Below the pieces are notes generated by a model. That model ran no database searches. It worked only from the letters and a program-made list of their open reading frames with translations, and was not told where the DNA came from. Positions 23,143 through 32,977 of a DNA stretch of 64,000 bases are shown piece by piece. Position 1 is the first letter of the stretch; every line of letters starts with the position of its first letter. The translations under genes were made by a program, and so were the position numbers. The DNA lies in assembly GCA_963665775.2 (NCBI GenBank), contig CAXXTF010000001.1, forward strand, positions 736,001 through 800,000. The letters are read 5' to 3'. The stretch comes from Dehalococcoidia bacterium (lineage in GTDB: Bacteria; Chloroflexota; Dehalococcoidia; SM23-28-2; RBG-16-64-32).

Positions 23143-23958
23143 ATGAAGCTGCGTGGTCGTACCGTCATCGTAACTGGGGCCTCCAGCGGAATAGGGCGGG
23201 AGACGGCGCGCGAATTCGCCCGGGCGGGCAGCAACCTGACGCTGGCCGCCCGCAATCGGGAGGCGCTAGAAGAGTTGGCGGAGGCGCTGGCGGGTCTGCC
23301 TGGGCGCCGTCTTGTGGTACGCACTGACGTGAGCGATCCGGAGGCGGTGAACGCCATGGTGGCGCGGACGGCGGAGGAGTTCGGCTCGGTGGATGTGCTG
23401 GTGAACAACGCCGGTGTGGGCCTGGACGCCACTGTGGCCGAGGGGAAGATCGAGAATATGCGGTACCTGCTGGAGGTGAACCTGTTTGGCCCGATCTATG
23501 GGGTGCAGGCCGCGGTTCCCCTCATGAAGCGTCAGGGCTCCGGCTGCATCGTTAACGTCTCCTCGGTGGCAAGCCACATCACTACTCCCTATAACGGCCT
23601 GTATAGCGCCGCTAAGGCTGCCCTGACCGCCATGACCGACGCCCTACGGCAGGAGGTGGAAGGGGCTGGGATCAAGGTCATCAACATATATCCCGGCTTA
23701 ACTCACACCCGTTTTCACGAGAACGCCATCCGCGAGTTGGAGTTGCCAACCCATTCGCGCTTGCTCCGATGGGTGTCTGCCGGCACTGTCGCCATGGCCA
23801 TCGTGCGGGCGGTCCGCCGGGACCGGCGGGAGTCGTACGTTACCTTCGGTGACGCGGTGGGGGTGGCCGTGAAGAACGTGTCGCCGCGGCTGGTGGAGTG
23901 GGGGACTCGCCGCCTGTGGCTCTCTTCGGGGGATCCCACGCCGATCAGTGGGTCGTAG
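23143..23958 (+). CDS. Short-chain dehydrogenase/reductase
   Basis: TGASSGIG, NNAG and YSAAK motifs. Confidence 0.93.
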   Translation: MKLRGRTVIVTGASSGIGRETAREFARAGSNLTLAARNREALEELAEALAGLPGRRLVVRTDVSDPEAVNAMVARTAEEFGSVDVLVNNAGVGLDATVAEGKIENMRYLLEVNLFGPIYGVQAAVPLMKRQGSGCIVNVSSVASHITTPYNGLYSAAKAALTAMTDALRQEVEGAGIKVINIYPGLTHTRFHENAIRELELPTHSRLLRWVSAGTVAMAIVRAVRRDRRESYVTFGDAVGVAVKNVSPRLVEWGTRRLWLSSGDPTPISGS

Positions 23959-23992
23959 ATGGCTGGACAGACGTGCTAAACTTGACGGGAGG

Positions 23993-26185
23993 ATGACGAC
24001 CAAGCAGGCTGAGATTGGTCAGGATCTCCTGACCAAAGTCACTGAGTATCTGCCCGCCCAAGGGGTGGCGCTGGTGCGTGATGCCCTGGAGTTCGCCATT
24101 CAGTGCCACGCCGGCCAGGTACGACGCTCCGGCGACCCGGTTATTACCCACCCCCTGCACGCGGCCACGACAATCTCCACCCTGCAACTGGATGCCGACA
24201 CGATCGCGGCGGCGCTGCTCCACGACGTGCAGGAGGACTGCGACGTCCGGAATGATGCGATCGCAAAGCGGTTTGGCAAAGAGGTGGCCACCCTGGTTGA
24301 GGGTGTTACCAAGCTAGGCCAGATCCCCTGGCAGGCGGCTGAGGTGCGCCCTGGTGCGGAGAGCATCCAGGCGGAGAATCTGCGCAAGATGTTTCTGGCC
24401 ATGGCCCAGGACCTGCGGGTGGTCATCATCAAGCTGGCGGATCGGCTGCACAACATGATGACGATTTGGGCGCTGTCGCCGGAGGATCAGCATCGCATCT
24501 CCAGCGAGACGATGGAGATATTCGCGCCGTTGGCGGCCCGGTTGGGGGTGTGGGAACTCAAGTGGCAGCTGGAGGACCTGGCTTTCCGCTACTTACAGCC
24601 GGAGCCGTACAAGCTGATCGCCCATATGCTGGACGCAAAGCGGGCGGCCCGCGAGTCCTACGTGAGCGGCGTAACGGATATCCTGCGGGCGGAGCTGGCG
24701 GGCCAGGAGCTGAAGGCGGAGGTGCAGGGCCGAGCCAAGCACATCTACAGCATCCATCAGAAGATGGAGAAGTACGCCGCCGAGGGGAAGAGCGTGGATG
24801 AGATCTACGACCTCTTAGCCGTGCGCATCCTGGTCGATACCGTTTCCGATTGCTACGCCGCTCTGGGCATCGTTCACGGTCTCTGGCGGCCCCTGCCCGG
24901 CACCTTCGACGATTACATCGCCAATCCGAAGGAGAGTATGTATCAGGCCCTCCATAGCAGCGTGATGAGCCCTAATGCCCACCCGCTGGAGGTGCAGATC
25001 CGCACCCACGATATGCACCGCACCGCCGAATATGGCATCGCCTCCCACTGGCGCTACAAGGAAGGCTCCTCGCGAGATCTCCATTACGAGGAGCGGCTGG
25101 CCTGGCTACGGCAGTTGCTCGACTGGCAGAGGGAGATCTCCCAGGCCGAGGAGCTGGTGGAGGCGGTTAAGACTGACATCTTTCAGGATCAGGTGTTCGT
25201 GTTCACACCCAAGGGGGAGGTAAAGGACCTGCCTAAGGGGAGCACGCCCCTGGACTTCGCTTATCGGGTCCACACAGACCTGGGCCACTTTTGTGTGGGC
25301 GCGAAGGTGAACGGCCGACTGGTTTCCCTGAGCCATCAGCTCCAAAACGGGGCCGCCGTGGAGGTCTTGACCAGCCGATCGTCTAAGGGGCCCTCAAGGG
25401 ACTGGCTGAACCCCAACCTCGGTTATATCCGCACGAGCCACGCCCGGGCGAAGATCCGGCAGTGGTTCAAGCAGCAGAAGCGGGCAGAGAATATTGTTCG
25501 CGGTAAAGAGATGCTGGAGAAGGAGTTGCACCGCCTGGGTGCCACTCTGCCGCAGGTAGAGGAGCGGATACTCAAGATGTTCCGACGTGATAACCTGGAC
25601 GACTTCTGCCTCCAGGTGGGATATGGGGACATCAGCACGCATCAGATTGCCACGAAGCTGGCACCGCTCCTTCAGGAGGAGGTGAGGACGACCGCGCCGA
25701 CGGAGCCCCCCGCCGGCGCTACCTACACCACGAGCGTGCGCGTCCTGGGCACCGGGGACCTACTGACCCGGCTGTCTCGCTGCTGCAACCCCGTCCCTGG
25801 CGATGCCATCATCGGCTACGTCACCCGTGGCGAGGGCGTGTCCGTCCATCGCCGGGACTGCCGCAATATCCTGTATGAGGATGAGCGCGAGCGGTTGGTG
25901 GAGGTAGAGTGGGGCCGCCGCGGCCACCTCTACCCGGTAGCGGTGCGCATTGAGGCCTGGGACCGGGTAGGGCTCATCCGGGACATCAGCACTATGGTGG
26001 CCGAGGAGCGGGTCAATATGGTGGGGTTGCACACCCAGGCGCGCGACGATGAGGAGATCTCCGTCTTCGTAACCCTGGAGACCACCGGCATCGAGCAGTT
26101 GACGCGGCTCCTCAGCAAGCTGGAGTCGGTGCGAGGGGTGCTATCTGTCGGTCGGCGGCTGGAAGGCTCGCCGGGGAGAGCGTAG
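23993..26185 (+). CDS. relA: Bifunctional (p)ppGpp synthetase/hydrolase (Rel/SpoT)
   Basis: HD hydrolase (LLHDVQED), synthetase (GRAKHIYSI, EVQIRT), TGS and ACT domains. Confidence 0.96.
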   Translation: MTTKQAEIGQDLLTKVTEYLPAQGVALVRDALEFAIQCHAGQVRRSGDPVITHPLHAATTISTLQLDADTIAAALLHDVQEDCDVRNDAIAKRFGKEVATLVEGVTKLGQIPWQAAEVRPGAESIQAENLRKMFLAMAQDLRVVIIKLADRLHNMMTIWALSPEDQHRISSETMEIFAPLAARLGVWELKWQLEDLAFRYLQPEPYKLIAHMLDAKRAARESYVSGVTDILRAELAGQELKAEVQGRAKHIYSIHQKMEKYAAEGKSVDEIYDLLAVRILVDTVSDCYAALGIVHGLWRPLPGTFDDYIANPKESMYQALHSSVMSPNAHPLEVQIRTHDMHRTAEYGIASHWRYKEGSSRDLHYEERLAWLRQLLDWQREISQAEELVEAVKTDIFQDQVFVFTPKGEVKDLPKGSTPLDFAYRVHTDLGHFCVGAKVNGRLVSLSHQLQNGAAVEVLTSRSSKGPSRDWLNPNLGYIRTSHARAKIRQWFKQQKRAENIVRGKEMLEKELHRLGATLPQVEERILKMFRRDNLDDFCLQVGYGDISTHQIATKLAPLLQEEVRTTAPTEPPAGATYTTSVRVLGTGDLLTRLSRCCNPVPGDAIIGYVTRGEGVSVHRRDCRNILYEDERERLVEVEWGRRGHLYPVAVRIEAWDRVGLIRDISTMVAEERVNMVGLHTQARDDEEISVFVTLETTGIEQLTRLLSKLESVRGVLSVGRRLEGSPGRA

Positions 26186-26248
26186 GGCTCCGGCTCCTGG
26201 CATCAGCTTCTAACCGGAGCCTGGCTCTGGTATCATGCGGCCAGTCGC

Positions 26249-27310
26249 ATGCTCTCCAAGGTCAACAGCTGTGCCGTCGTCGGCCTCGACGGCGAGATCG
26301 TCGAGGTGGAGGTGGATATCGCCCAGGGGCTGCCCGCCTTCGCCATCGTTGGTCTGCCGGATACCGCCGTCCAGGAGGCGAAGGAGAGGGTGCGCTCCGC
26401 CATCCGGAACTCCGGCCACACCTTCCCGCAGCAGCGGATCACCGTTAACCTGGCTCCGGCCGACCTGCGGAAAGAGGGGCCCGGCTACGACCTGCCCATC
26501 GCTGTCGGGATACTGGTAGCTTCCGGTCAGGCGCCGCCACCTGAGGAGCAGGCGCTTTTCCTGGGGGAGCTCTCGTTGGACGGTCGGTTGCGGCACACTC
26601 ACGGCATTCTGCCCATGGTCGGCTTGGCCCGCGATCACGGGTTTCAGGCCGCCTATGTGCCGGCGGCTGATATCGAAGAGGCGTGCCTGATCGATGGCCT
26701 AGAGATCTTCCCGGTGGAATCTCTCAATCGCCTGGTCGAGCACCTGCGGGCTGAGGAGCCTATCGCCGCTTTCGTTAGGGATCGGCCACGGGATGCAGAT
26801 GCGGAGGCTCCCCCGGACGGCGTTGACTTCCGGCATATCAGAGGCCAGGAGCACGTGAAGCGGGCGCTGGAGGTGGCGGCCGCCGGCGGGCACAACGTGC
26901 TTATGGTGGGGCCTCCGGGGGCTGGGAAGACGCTGTTGGCCCGGGCCACGCCCACTATCCTGCCCCGGTTGACCGGCGGCGAGGCCCTGGATGTCACGAA
27001 GATATACAGCGTGGCCGGAATGCTGCCTGGGGATACACCTCTCATGAACCACAGGCCCTTCCGGGCGCCACACCACACCATCTCGCATGCCGGCCTGGTG
27101 GGTGGAGGGCGGCAGCCGCGGCCCGGTGAGATCACCCTCAGCCACCGCGGCGTCCTCTTTCTGGACGAGCTGCCGGAGTTCGCACACTCTGTGCTGGAGT
27201 CGATCCGCCAGCCCCTGGAAGATCGGGTTGTCACCGTGAGCCGTGCCCAGGGTAGCGTGACCTTCCCGGCGAACTTTATGCTCCTGGCCGCCATGAACTC
27301 CTGCCCCTGC
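26249..27310 (+). pseudogene. comM: ComM / YifB Mg-chelatase-like ATPase, 5' part interrupted by an integrated element
   Basis: [27 protein letters not shown] and LFLDELPEF motifs. Homology stops at AAMNSCPC after 354 codons, and the sequence beyond is the recombinase. Confidence 0.9.
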
Positions 27311-28868
27311 AAGTCGAGACTACAGAGGGAAACCTATACTCAACGACCGCGCTCGCGTGCTTGCGGCCGTCGCGCAGTTCCGTCTGCACCGTGATGCGTC
27401 TAACGAGCAGACGCACGATTTCTTGACGCTCCTCATCGCGGAGCCCTCCATCCAGGCGGCGGGTTATTTCGGCCAGGAGGTCGGGCGTCACCTCCAGCGC
27501 CTCCTCCGGATCTTCCTCGGGGCCCAAAGCGACAAGCCGCCGCTCTATCTCCGTCCGCTTGGAGGCGATCTCGCCCAAACAGGTTTCCAGTTCTTCTGGG
27601 GTGAGATGCCCCCGAATGCGGAGGTCAAGGGCCCTCTTACGCTGCTGGTCGAGGTCGCGAATTGCAGCGGTAAGCGTGATGGACTCCGCCTCAGCAACGG
27701 CTGCCTGGCCGCCGCCGCAGGATTCGATCGCCAGCTCGTCGAGCAGCTCGCCTGGGCTTCGGAGAAAGCGTTCGATGTCGGACCAGATGAGGGGCTCGAT
27801 GGTATCGCTTTTGACCGACTTCCCGCTGCAAGGTCCCTCTATGGGGCCGCGCTCGACTAGCTGGCCGTTGCAGCGATACCAGGCGGCGCCGTTGCTCGTG
27901 GTTCCACAGTAGTTCAGACCACAGATCCCGCAGCGGATTACGGAGCGTAGTAGGTAGATGCGCTTGCTGTTCTTGGGGATGATCCGGTTGCGATCTAGGG
28001 TTTCCTGCGCGGCGTACCAGATCTCATCGGACACCAGGGCCTCGATAGTGGCAGAGATGACTTCCCGTCCGCCTACCCGGCTGCTACGGCGACCAAATTG
28101 CAGCACGCCGCGATACACAGGATTGACCACCAGGTTGCGAATGCGACCTGGTCGCCATATTCCTTGCGTTCGTTGGCCACGGATGCCCCGGTCGTCTCGC
28201 TCGTACACTGTGGGGACACAGAGGATGTTCAATTCATTCGCAATCCAGCGGCAGCTCTTCCCTTCAACGCCGAGCCAGTGATAGATACGCTTGACCAAGT
28301 CCGCAGTACTCCAGTCCCCCCAGATGAGGGCCTCGTCTGGGATGAGCCGGGCGGTCTGACGTCGCCCATTTACCTGGTATCCTAACGGCACGATTCCGCC
28401 GGTGTAGCGGCCTTCCCGTGCGGCGCGCTCCATGCCCCGAGCTGAGTCCGCGAGGAACTGGCGTCGGACATATCCCGCCATGATGGACTGGAATCCGAAC
28501 ATTGTCCGGTCGCCCAGCGATTCGGCGACCCCGATCAGCTCAATGCCGAGCAGGTCGACGAACAGGTTGTAGGTGGTCAGGAGGTCAATCTCCTCACGGC
28601 CGAGTCGGCTCGCCCGCAGCACGATGATCTTGAGGAACTTCGCGGCCTTTGCGTCGGCGACCAACTGGCTGCCGGCCGGGCGTAGTGCCATTGGTATAGT
28701 CCCGGAGACGCCGTCATCCTCGTAGTAGCGGTAGAGGCGGTAATGGGGGTTCTGGGCGAGATAGCGATCGATGGCCTCCCGCTGCGTCTTGATGGTCTCC
28801 CGGTCGCGCTGGTCATCGCTAGAAACCCGGAGATACGCGGCCGCGAGGGTAGCTTCTTGGTCTGTCAT
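27276..28868 (-). CDS. Large serine recombinase (integrase)
   Basis: [15 protein letters not shown] and SRLGR catalytic domain; recombinase domain (GYQ...NPVYRG); zinc ribbon (CGICG...YRC); coiled coil. Confidence 0.95.
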   Translation of the reverse strand: MTDQEATLAAAYLRVSSDDQRDRETIKTQREAIDRYLAQNPHYRLYRYYEDDGVSGTIPMALRPAGSQLVADAKAAKFLKIIVLRASRLGREEIDLLTTYNLFVDLLGIELIGVAESLGDRTMFGFQSIMAGYVRRQFLADSARGMERAAREGRYTGGIVPLGYQVNGRRQTARLIPDEALIWGDWSTADLVKRIYHWLGVEGKSCRWIANELNILCVPTVYERDDRGIRGQRTQGIWRPGRIRNLVVNPVYRGVLQFGRRSSRVGGREVISATIEALVSDEIWYAAQETLDRNRIIPKNSKRIYLLRSVIRCGICGLNYCGTTSNGAAWYRCNGQLVERGPIEGPCSGKSVKSDTIEPLIWSDIERFLRSPGELLDELAIESCGGGQAAVAEAESITLTAAIRDLDQQRKRALDLRIRGHLTPEELETCLGEIASKRTEIERRLVALGPEEDPEEALEVTPDLLAEITRRLDGGLRDEERQEIVRLLVRRITVQTELRDGRKHASAVVEYRFPSVVSTCRGRSSWRPGA

Positions 28869-28870
28869 CA

Positions 28871-29029
28871 CTAGGCCTCCCGCCCGGAGGTTAGCGGCTG
28901 GCGAGGGAGCCCAAGGACGATCCGCAGGGCCGCCAGCATCGCGTTCCGGTCAGGTGTGTATGTACGCGTTACTGAGAGCCGGTTATCAAGTGGGGATCTA
29001 GCAGATCGGGAGTACAATGCATCAACCAT
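28871..29029 (-). CDS. 52-aa ORF directly upstream of the recombinase (candidate directionality factor)
   Basis: MVDALYSRSARSPLDNRLSVTRTYTPDRNAMLAALRIVLGLPRQPLTSGREA; its stop lies 2 nt before the recombinase ATG. Confidence 0.45.
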   Translation of the reverse strand: MVDALYSRSARSPLDNRLSVTRTYTPDRNAMLAALRIVLGLPRQPLTSGREA

Positions 29030-29034
29030 GTCTA

Positions 29035-29268
29035 TCAGCTACCAGTGATAGGTATCTCCAAGTCTTGGAGCGCAATGCGGATGGCCTCGATGTTGCCCTT
29101 GGCCTTAGCACGGAGGGAGGGGTCGGACCGTGCGTCGCTTGCGAACGACCAGATTTCCTGAAGCCCGCTCTCCAGTGCTAGCCGCACGGGCTCTGGTGCA
29201 CTGGTAATAGCGATCGGGAACCCGCCTGTGGTGGCGTCACCACGAAAGACTACAACGTAGCTACTCAT
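29035..29268 (-). CDS. Hypothetical protein
   Basis: 77-aa ORF with GGAGGAG/AAGG upstream, co-oriented with the recombinase. Confidence 0.5.
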   Translation of the reverse strand: MSSYVVVFRGDATTGGFPIAITSAPEPVRLALESGLQEIWSFASDARSDPSLRAKAKGNIEAIRIALQDLEIPITGS

Positions 29269-29380
29269 CGCCTTACTCCTCCAGATAGTCGGAAGCCCCG
29301 ATTAGCATCCGGGGCTTCCACTGTATTCCCGCTGGCGCGGGGTGAAAACTTACGGCTCCGCAGCGCTAATGCGCCCGATC

Positions 29381-30313
29381 TTAAGAGGCTGCTTGGATCA
29401 GACGAAGCACGGCTGACGGAGATCGACGGAGACGATAGAGAGCTTGATGCTGACAATTGGTGAGCGGGCGATTTTCGATTCGGGCGAGAATCGCATTCCG
29501 TTGACTGTGCGGAAGATCGCCGATGGCCTGGCGAATAGCGCGTTTGGCCTCGGCCAGCTCGGCCTGGTATTCCAGATCATCCTCGTCGGGCAGTGGTTCA
29601 TCCTGATCGTTGGAAAGGGCCAGCTCCTTGCCATCTCCCGCTCTTCGCCATCCAGGTCCGGCGAGGTCGTCCATCAAGATGTTGGCCAAGGGGGCTCGGC
29701 ACGTAGTAATGAAGTCGGGTATCAACGTATCTTCCGGGATTGCTGCGAATACAACGGGGAGCGCCTGTATCGTGTCCAGTTGCAGTTCACGATTCATTGA
29801 TGTTCCGTGTTGACCGGCCCGTCGGAGCAATTCCGGCTCGACCAGTCGCCAGCGGCGCGGGTGTATCGGTCTCTTGAACCACCGGACTGCTAGTCGCTCA
29901 GCGGCTTCTTCACGCTCGATCTCTGGGTAACGCGAAGATGTGACCCGCGACCAGTCTCCCAGGAACGTGCCGGGCCGGAACGCATCGTCAAAGGCCTTCT
30001 GCATGGCCTCCGACAAGGTGTCGAGGAGGGGCAAGAGGGTATGGCGGAACTTAGCCGCAATCTCATTCATACGGCGGGCCATTTCCGCCACAGGCCGAAA
30101 GTCGATGACCACGTGCCTTAGACCCAGGTGAATTGGAGGGAGGCTAAGAGCTGGGTTAATAGAGCCCGCGAGCTTCACCATGTTAGGACTCCTCAGTAGT
30201 AGCGCTGATGAGTTGATAGCCGAAAGAGCATCGGTCAGCGATCTGCCACATGGTATGGTCGCCCCCGGTCTAATCCGTATCGTCACTTCATTTGTGTCTC
30301 TCAGCATGCTCAC
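29381..30313 (-). CDS. Hypothetical protein with a sigma70 region-4-like C-terminus
   Basis: IRQAIGDLPHSQRNAILAR resembles the L..LP..QR motif of region 4. Start uncertain. Confidence 0.45.
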   Translation of the reverse strand: MSMLRDTNEVTIRIRPGATIPCGRSLTDALSAINSSALLLRSPNMVKLAGSINPALSLPPIHLGLRHVVIDFRPVAEMARRMNEIAAKFRHTLLPLLDTLSEAMQKAFDDAFRPGTFLGDWSRVTSSRYPEIEREEAAERLAVRWFKRPIHPRRWRLVEPELLRRAGQHGTSMNRELQLDTIQALPVVFAAIPEDTLIPDFITTCRAPLANILMDDLAGPGWRRAGDGKELALSNDQDEPLPDEDDLEYQAELAEAKRAIRQAIGDLPHSQRNAILARIENRPLTNCQHQALYRLRRSPSAVLRLIQAAS

Positions 30314-30481
30314 TCGTTCCGCTCAGACGCGGCTCCAGACTATTTGGGGCAGCTGCTAAGACCCTTTACGCCCCATCATATTATACCCGCCCGGGCGATG
30401 TGGTTTCTTACGCGTTCTCGCCGGCCGGAGGCGGCAATTCTGAAATCCGAGACTGCTGATTCAATGAGCGGGAATGAGGGG

Positions 30482-31420
30482 TCACACTTGGAGTGCTCGT
30501 GCCACCATCTGCCAGCCTCGATCCTCCTGTCCCTCCAGCCGTCGCAAGTAGACCGTCGTCACCGCCAGGGAGCTGTGATCCAGGAATTGGCTTACGTCCT
30601 CCACAGATTCACCGGCGTCTCGTCGCAGCTTGGCTGCCGAATGACGGAGGATGTGAACGCCTGCCGGCGGCAGTTCGGCGTGGCGCTTGTAGCGTCGAAG
30701 GTTTCCGTAGAAGCTCCCGCTCGTGATGCCACGGCCTTCAACCGAGTGGCGGGATGGCCAAAGAGATTCGTCGGGGCTCATCGTGTCCAGGCTCTTGCCC
30801 CAGGCCGCAAGGGAGCGCTCGATAGCCTCGAATGCTGGTCGTGGAAGTTCTCTCTTCCCCTGCTTGCCGCCCTTGCCCCGATACGTGTAGAACAGGCCGC
30901 CGGTCTGCAAGATGTCTCCTGCCTTTAGGTTGAGTACCTTGGAGCGTCGTCGCCCGGTCAGCGTTAGGGTCAAGATGATGGCACGGTCGCGGAGGCCGGT
31001 TGGGGAGTCCGGAATTACCTCCAGCAAGCGGCGTATCTCCTCGGCGCTGAGTCCTCTGGGTGGACTAGGTGATGTGCGTGGCCGCTCGATCTCGTCACAC
31101 GGATTCGAGGATACGATCTTCATCCGGATGAGGAATCGGTAGAACGAGCTCAGGCAGGCAAGCCGGGCTCCCACCGTGATCGACGAGGGCTTCTTGCCGG
31201 AGAGCCTCACGCCGTGCGCGAAGACGAACACTTCCTGGCTGGTGATCTCGTTGGGCGGCTTCCCAATCGAGCCGAAGAAGTGCTGCAACATGCGGGAGTA
31301 GCTTTCGACGGTCCGGCGGGAGCCGCTGCGTCGCTCCTTCTCGGCGAGAAAGGCGTAAAAGGCCTGCTGCCAGCCTGGCGTCCGCTCGTCAAAGAGTACA
31401 ATATCGTCAGTCATGCTCAC
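30482..31420 (-). CDS. Tyrosine recombinase (XerC/D-like)
   Basis: N-terminal SAM-like domain (TVESY...LSSFYRFL), RDRAI..TGRR, GKGGK, HILRH and LDHSS..TTVY. No obvious IntI-specific insertion. Confidence 0.93.
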   Translation of the reverse strand: MSMTDDIVLFDERTPGWQQAFYAFLAEKERRSGSRRTVESYSRMLQHFFGSIGKPPNEITSQEVFVFAHGVRLSGKKPSSITVGARLACLSSFYRFLIRMKIVSSNPCDEIERPRTSPSPPRGLSAEEIRRLLEVIPDSPTGLRDRAIILTLTLTGRRRSKVLNLKAGDILQTGGLFYTYRGKGGKQGKRELPRPAFEAIERSLAAWGKSLDTMSPDESLWPSRHSVEGRGITSGSFYGNLRRYKRHAELPPAGVHILRHSAAKLRRDAGESVEDVSQFLDHSSLAVTTVYLRRLEGQEDRGWQMVARALQV

Positions 31421-31456
31421 CTCCTATTCTCAAGTCAGTTAGCATGTTCCCTCTAC

Positions 31457-31482
31457 CGCACACGAAGTCAAGTTAGTGTGCG
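31457..31482. repeat. Putative recombination site 1 (dif-like)
   Basis: CGCACACGAA-GTCAAG-TTAGTGTGCG, 36 nt upstream of the tyrosine recombinase start. Confidence 0.75.
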
Positions 31483-31611
31483 CTTCTATTGCCACTAGTT
31501 GGTCGCTATAATCGCCCCAGGAAACACGCCATATCCAGAAATGCGGCCGGGCTCAGGCATCAACTGGATGCACGCCGTAGCGGGGGCCGCGCCCAGAAGG
31601 AGGCGGTAATC

Positions 31612-31824
31612 ATGGCTAAGGGGGCCACTCTGAAGGTCCCGGCTATTCATTGTCGCGGCTGCTCGAACACCGTAACGAGGACCCTCGAAGCGCTGCCCAC
31701 CGTCCAGGTCACCCAGGCCGATCCAGAGTCGAAGCTGGTGCGTGTGCAGTTCGAAGAGTCAGCCGTTACCCTGGACCGGATCCGGGAGCGCCTGGACGAG
31801 ATCGGCTTCTGCCCAGAGGACTAG
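31612..31824 (+). CDS. Heavy-metal-associated (CopZ-like) chaperone
   Basis: VPAIHCRGC (HCxxC), 70 aa, AAGGAGG RBS. Confidence 0.85.
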   Translation: MAKGATLKVPAIHCRGCSNTVTRTLEALPTVQVTQADPESKLVRVQFEESAVTLDRIRERLDEIGFCPED

Positions 31825-31843
31825 TGCACTAGGTAGCGCAACA

Positions 31844-32746
31844 ATGGCTACATCTCCGCTCGAAGAACCTCGCAAGGCCCTATGGGCCCGCGGGGGCGAG
31901 ACAGGTCAATTCTTGTTCGCGTTGGCCGTAGGGGCAGGCCTGGCCCTCATCAGCTGGTGGGCGGGGATACTGGACACTAACGTGTTTGGCGGCGTCTCGA
32001 GCGAAGCCGTTTCCGCAGGCGGCCCGGGCGCCATGGTGTCAATCGGGGCGGCGTTCGTCATCGGCGCCGCGATGATCGTCCTGCCCTGCGGCTTCCCCTC
32101 GGTGTTCGTGGTGCCCTCAATCCTGGGCTCCCGAAAGGGGCTGGCTCAGCGGAGTGTGCTGAGCGGGCTGTTCCTGCTCGGGAGCGCCCTACCTCTGGTC
32201 GCGGTCGGTGTTGGCCTCGGCTTTGCCGGCGAGGCCGTGCTAGACGCGCTGAGCGAGCAATCGGCGAGGATGAGCTTCTCCGTCGGCCTCTACTCCGCTC
32301 TGGGCATTTTGGCCATCGTCTACGCCCTGGGCGAGCTTGGGCTCTTCAATGTGCCCAGCCTTCTCGGCAGGATCACCGGACCCGACCTGTCTGACCAGGA
32401 GAAGCCCTACCGGCGGGCGCTGGTGCTGGGGGGCACCTTCGGGGGCGGCCTGGGCATCGGCTGCCCCATGCCTACCTACTACATCCTGCTGGGCTGGGTG
32501 GTGGTGGCGGGGGACCCGCTGTACGGGGCGATCCTGCTGGGGGTCTACGGTGTGGGCCGGCTGGTGCCGGCGGTGGCCCTCGGCGCCCTCATTACCGCAG
32601 GGACGGACCGCCGCAAGGTGTCGCACGGGATGACCTCTTTCCGAGAGAGCACGAGCGGTCTGACCAACGGCATCCTCGGAGGCATGGGCTCCTACCTCAT
32701 CGTACTATTCGGCGGCGTCGTCCTCTACCGAACGCTAACGTTGTAG
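31844..32746 (+). CDS. CcdA/DsbD-transmembrane-like protein
   Basis: 6-7 TM segments with LPC and GCP cysteine motifs, plus YGVG. Confidence 0.7.
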   Translation: MATSPLEEPRKALWARGGETGQFLFALAVGAGLALISWWAGILDTNVFGGVSSEAVSAGGPGAMVSIGAAFVIGAAMIVLPCGFPSVFVVPSILGSRKGLAQRSVLSGLFLLGSALPLVAVGVGLGFAGEAVLDALSEQSARMSFSVGLYSALGILAIVYALGELGLFNVPSLLGRITGPDLSDQEKPYRRALVLGGTFGGGLGIGCPMPTYYILLGWVVVAGDPLYGAILLGVYGVGRLVPAVALGALITAGTDRRKVSHGMTSFRESTSGLTNGILGGMGSYLIVLFGGVVLYRTLTL

Positions 32747-32762
32747 TCCCATATGCTAGGAC

Positions 32763-32852
32763 GATGGCAGCCTAAAGTTCGTGAAGGTCGACAACGACGA
32801 GAACGTCGACACCGCCGCTCCCTACGGTATGCGTAGCCTCGTCACACTATGG
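32763..32852 (+). pseudogene. Thioredoxin fragment
   Basis: DGSLKFVKVDNDENVDTAAPYGMRSLVTL matches the thioredoxin K.DVDEN..A..YGIRSIPTL segment. It has no start and no WCxxC. Confidence 0.6.
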
Positions 32853-32866
32853 CGCAATAGTGTCTT
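32841..32866. repeat. Putative recombination site 2
   Basis: GTCACACTAT-GGCGCA-ATAGTGTCTT. Confidence 0.65.
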
Positions 32867-32977
32867 AACCTGGCGTATAATCCCTGATGGACGCAAGGCG
32901 GCTGTGCCTGATCTGCCTGGCGCCTAGCCGGGTGCGAGTCGGTCCCGTGGCACCCCAGGACATCCGGGAATAAAGCG

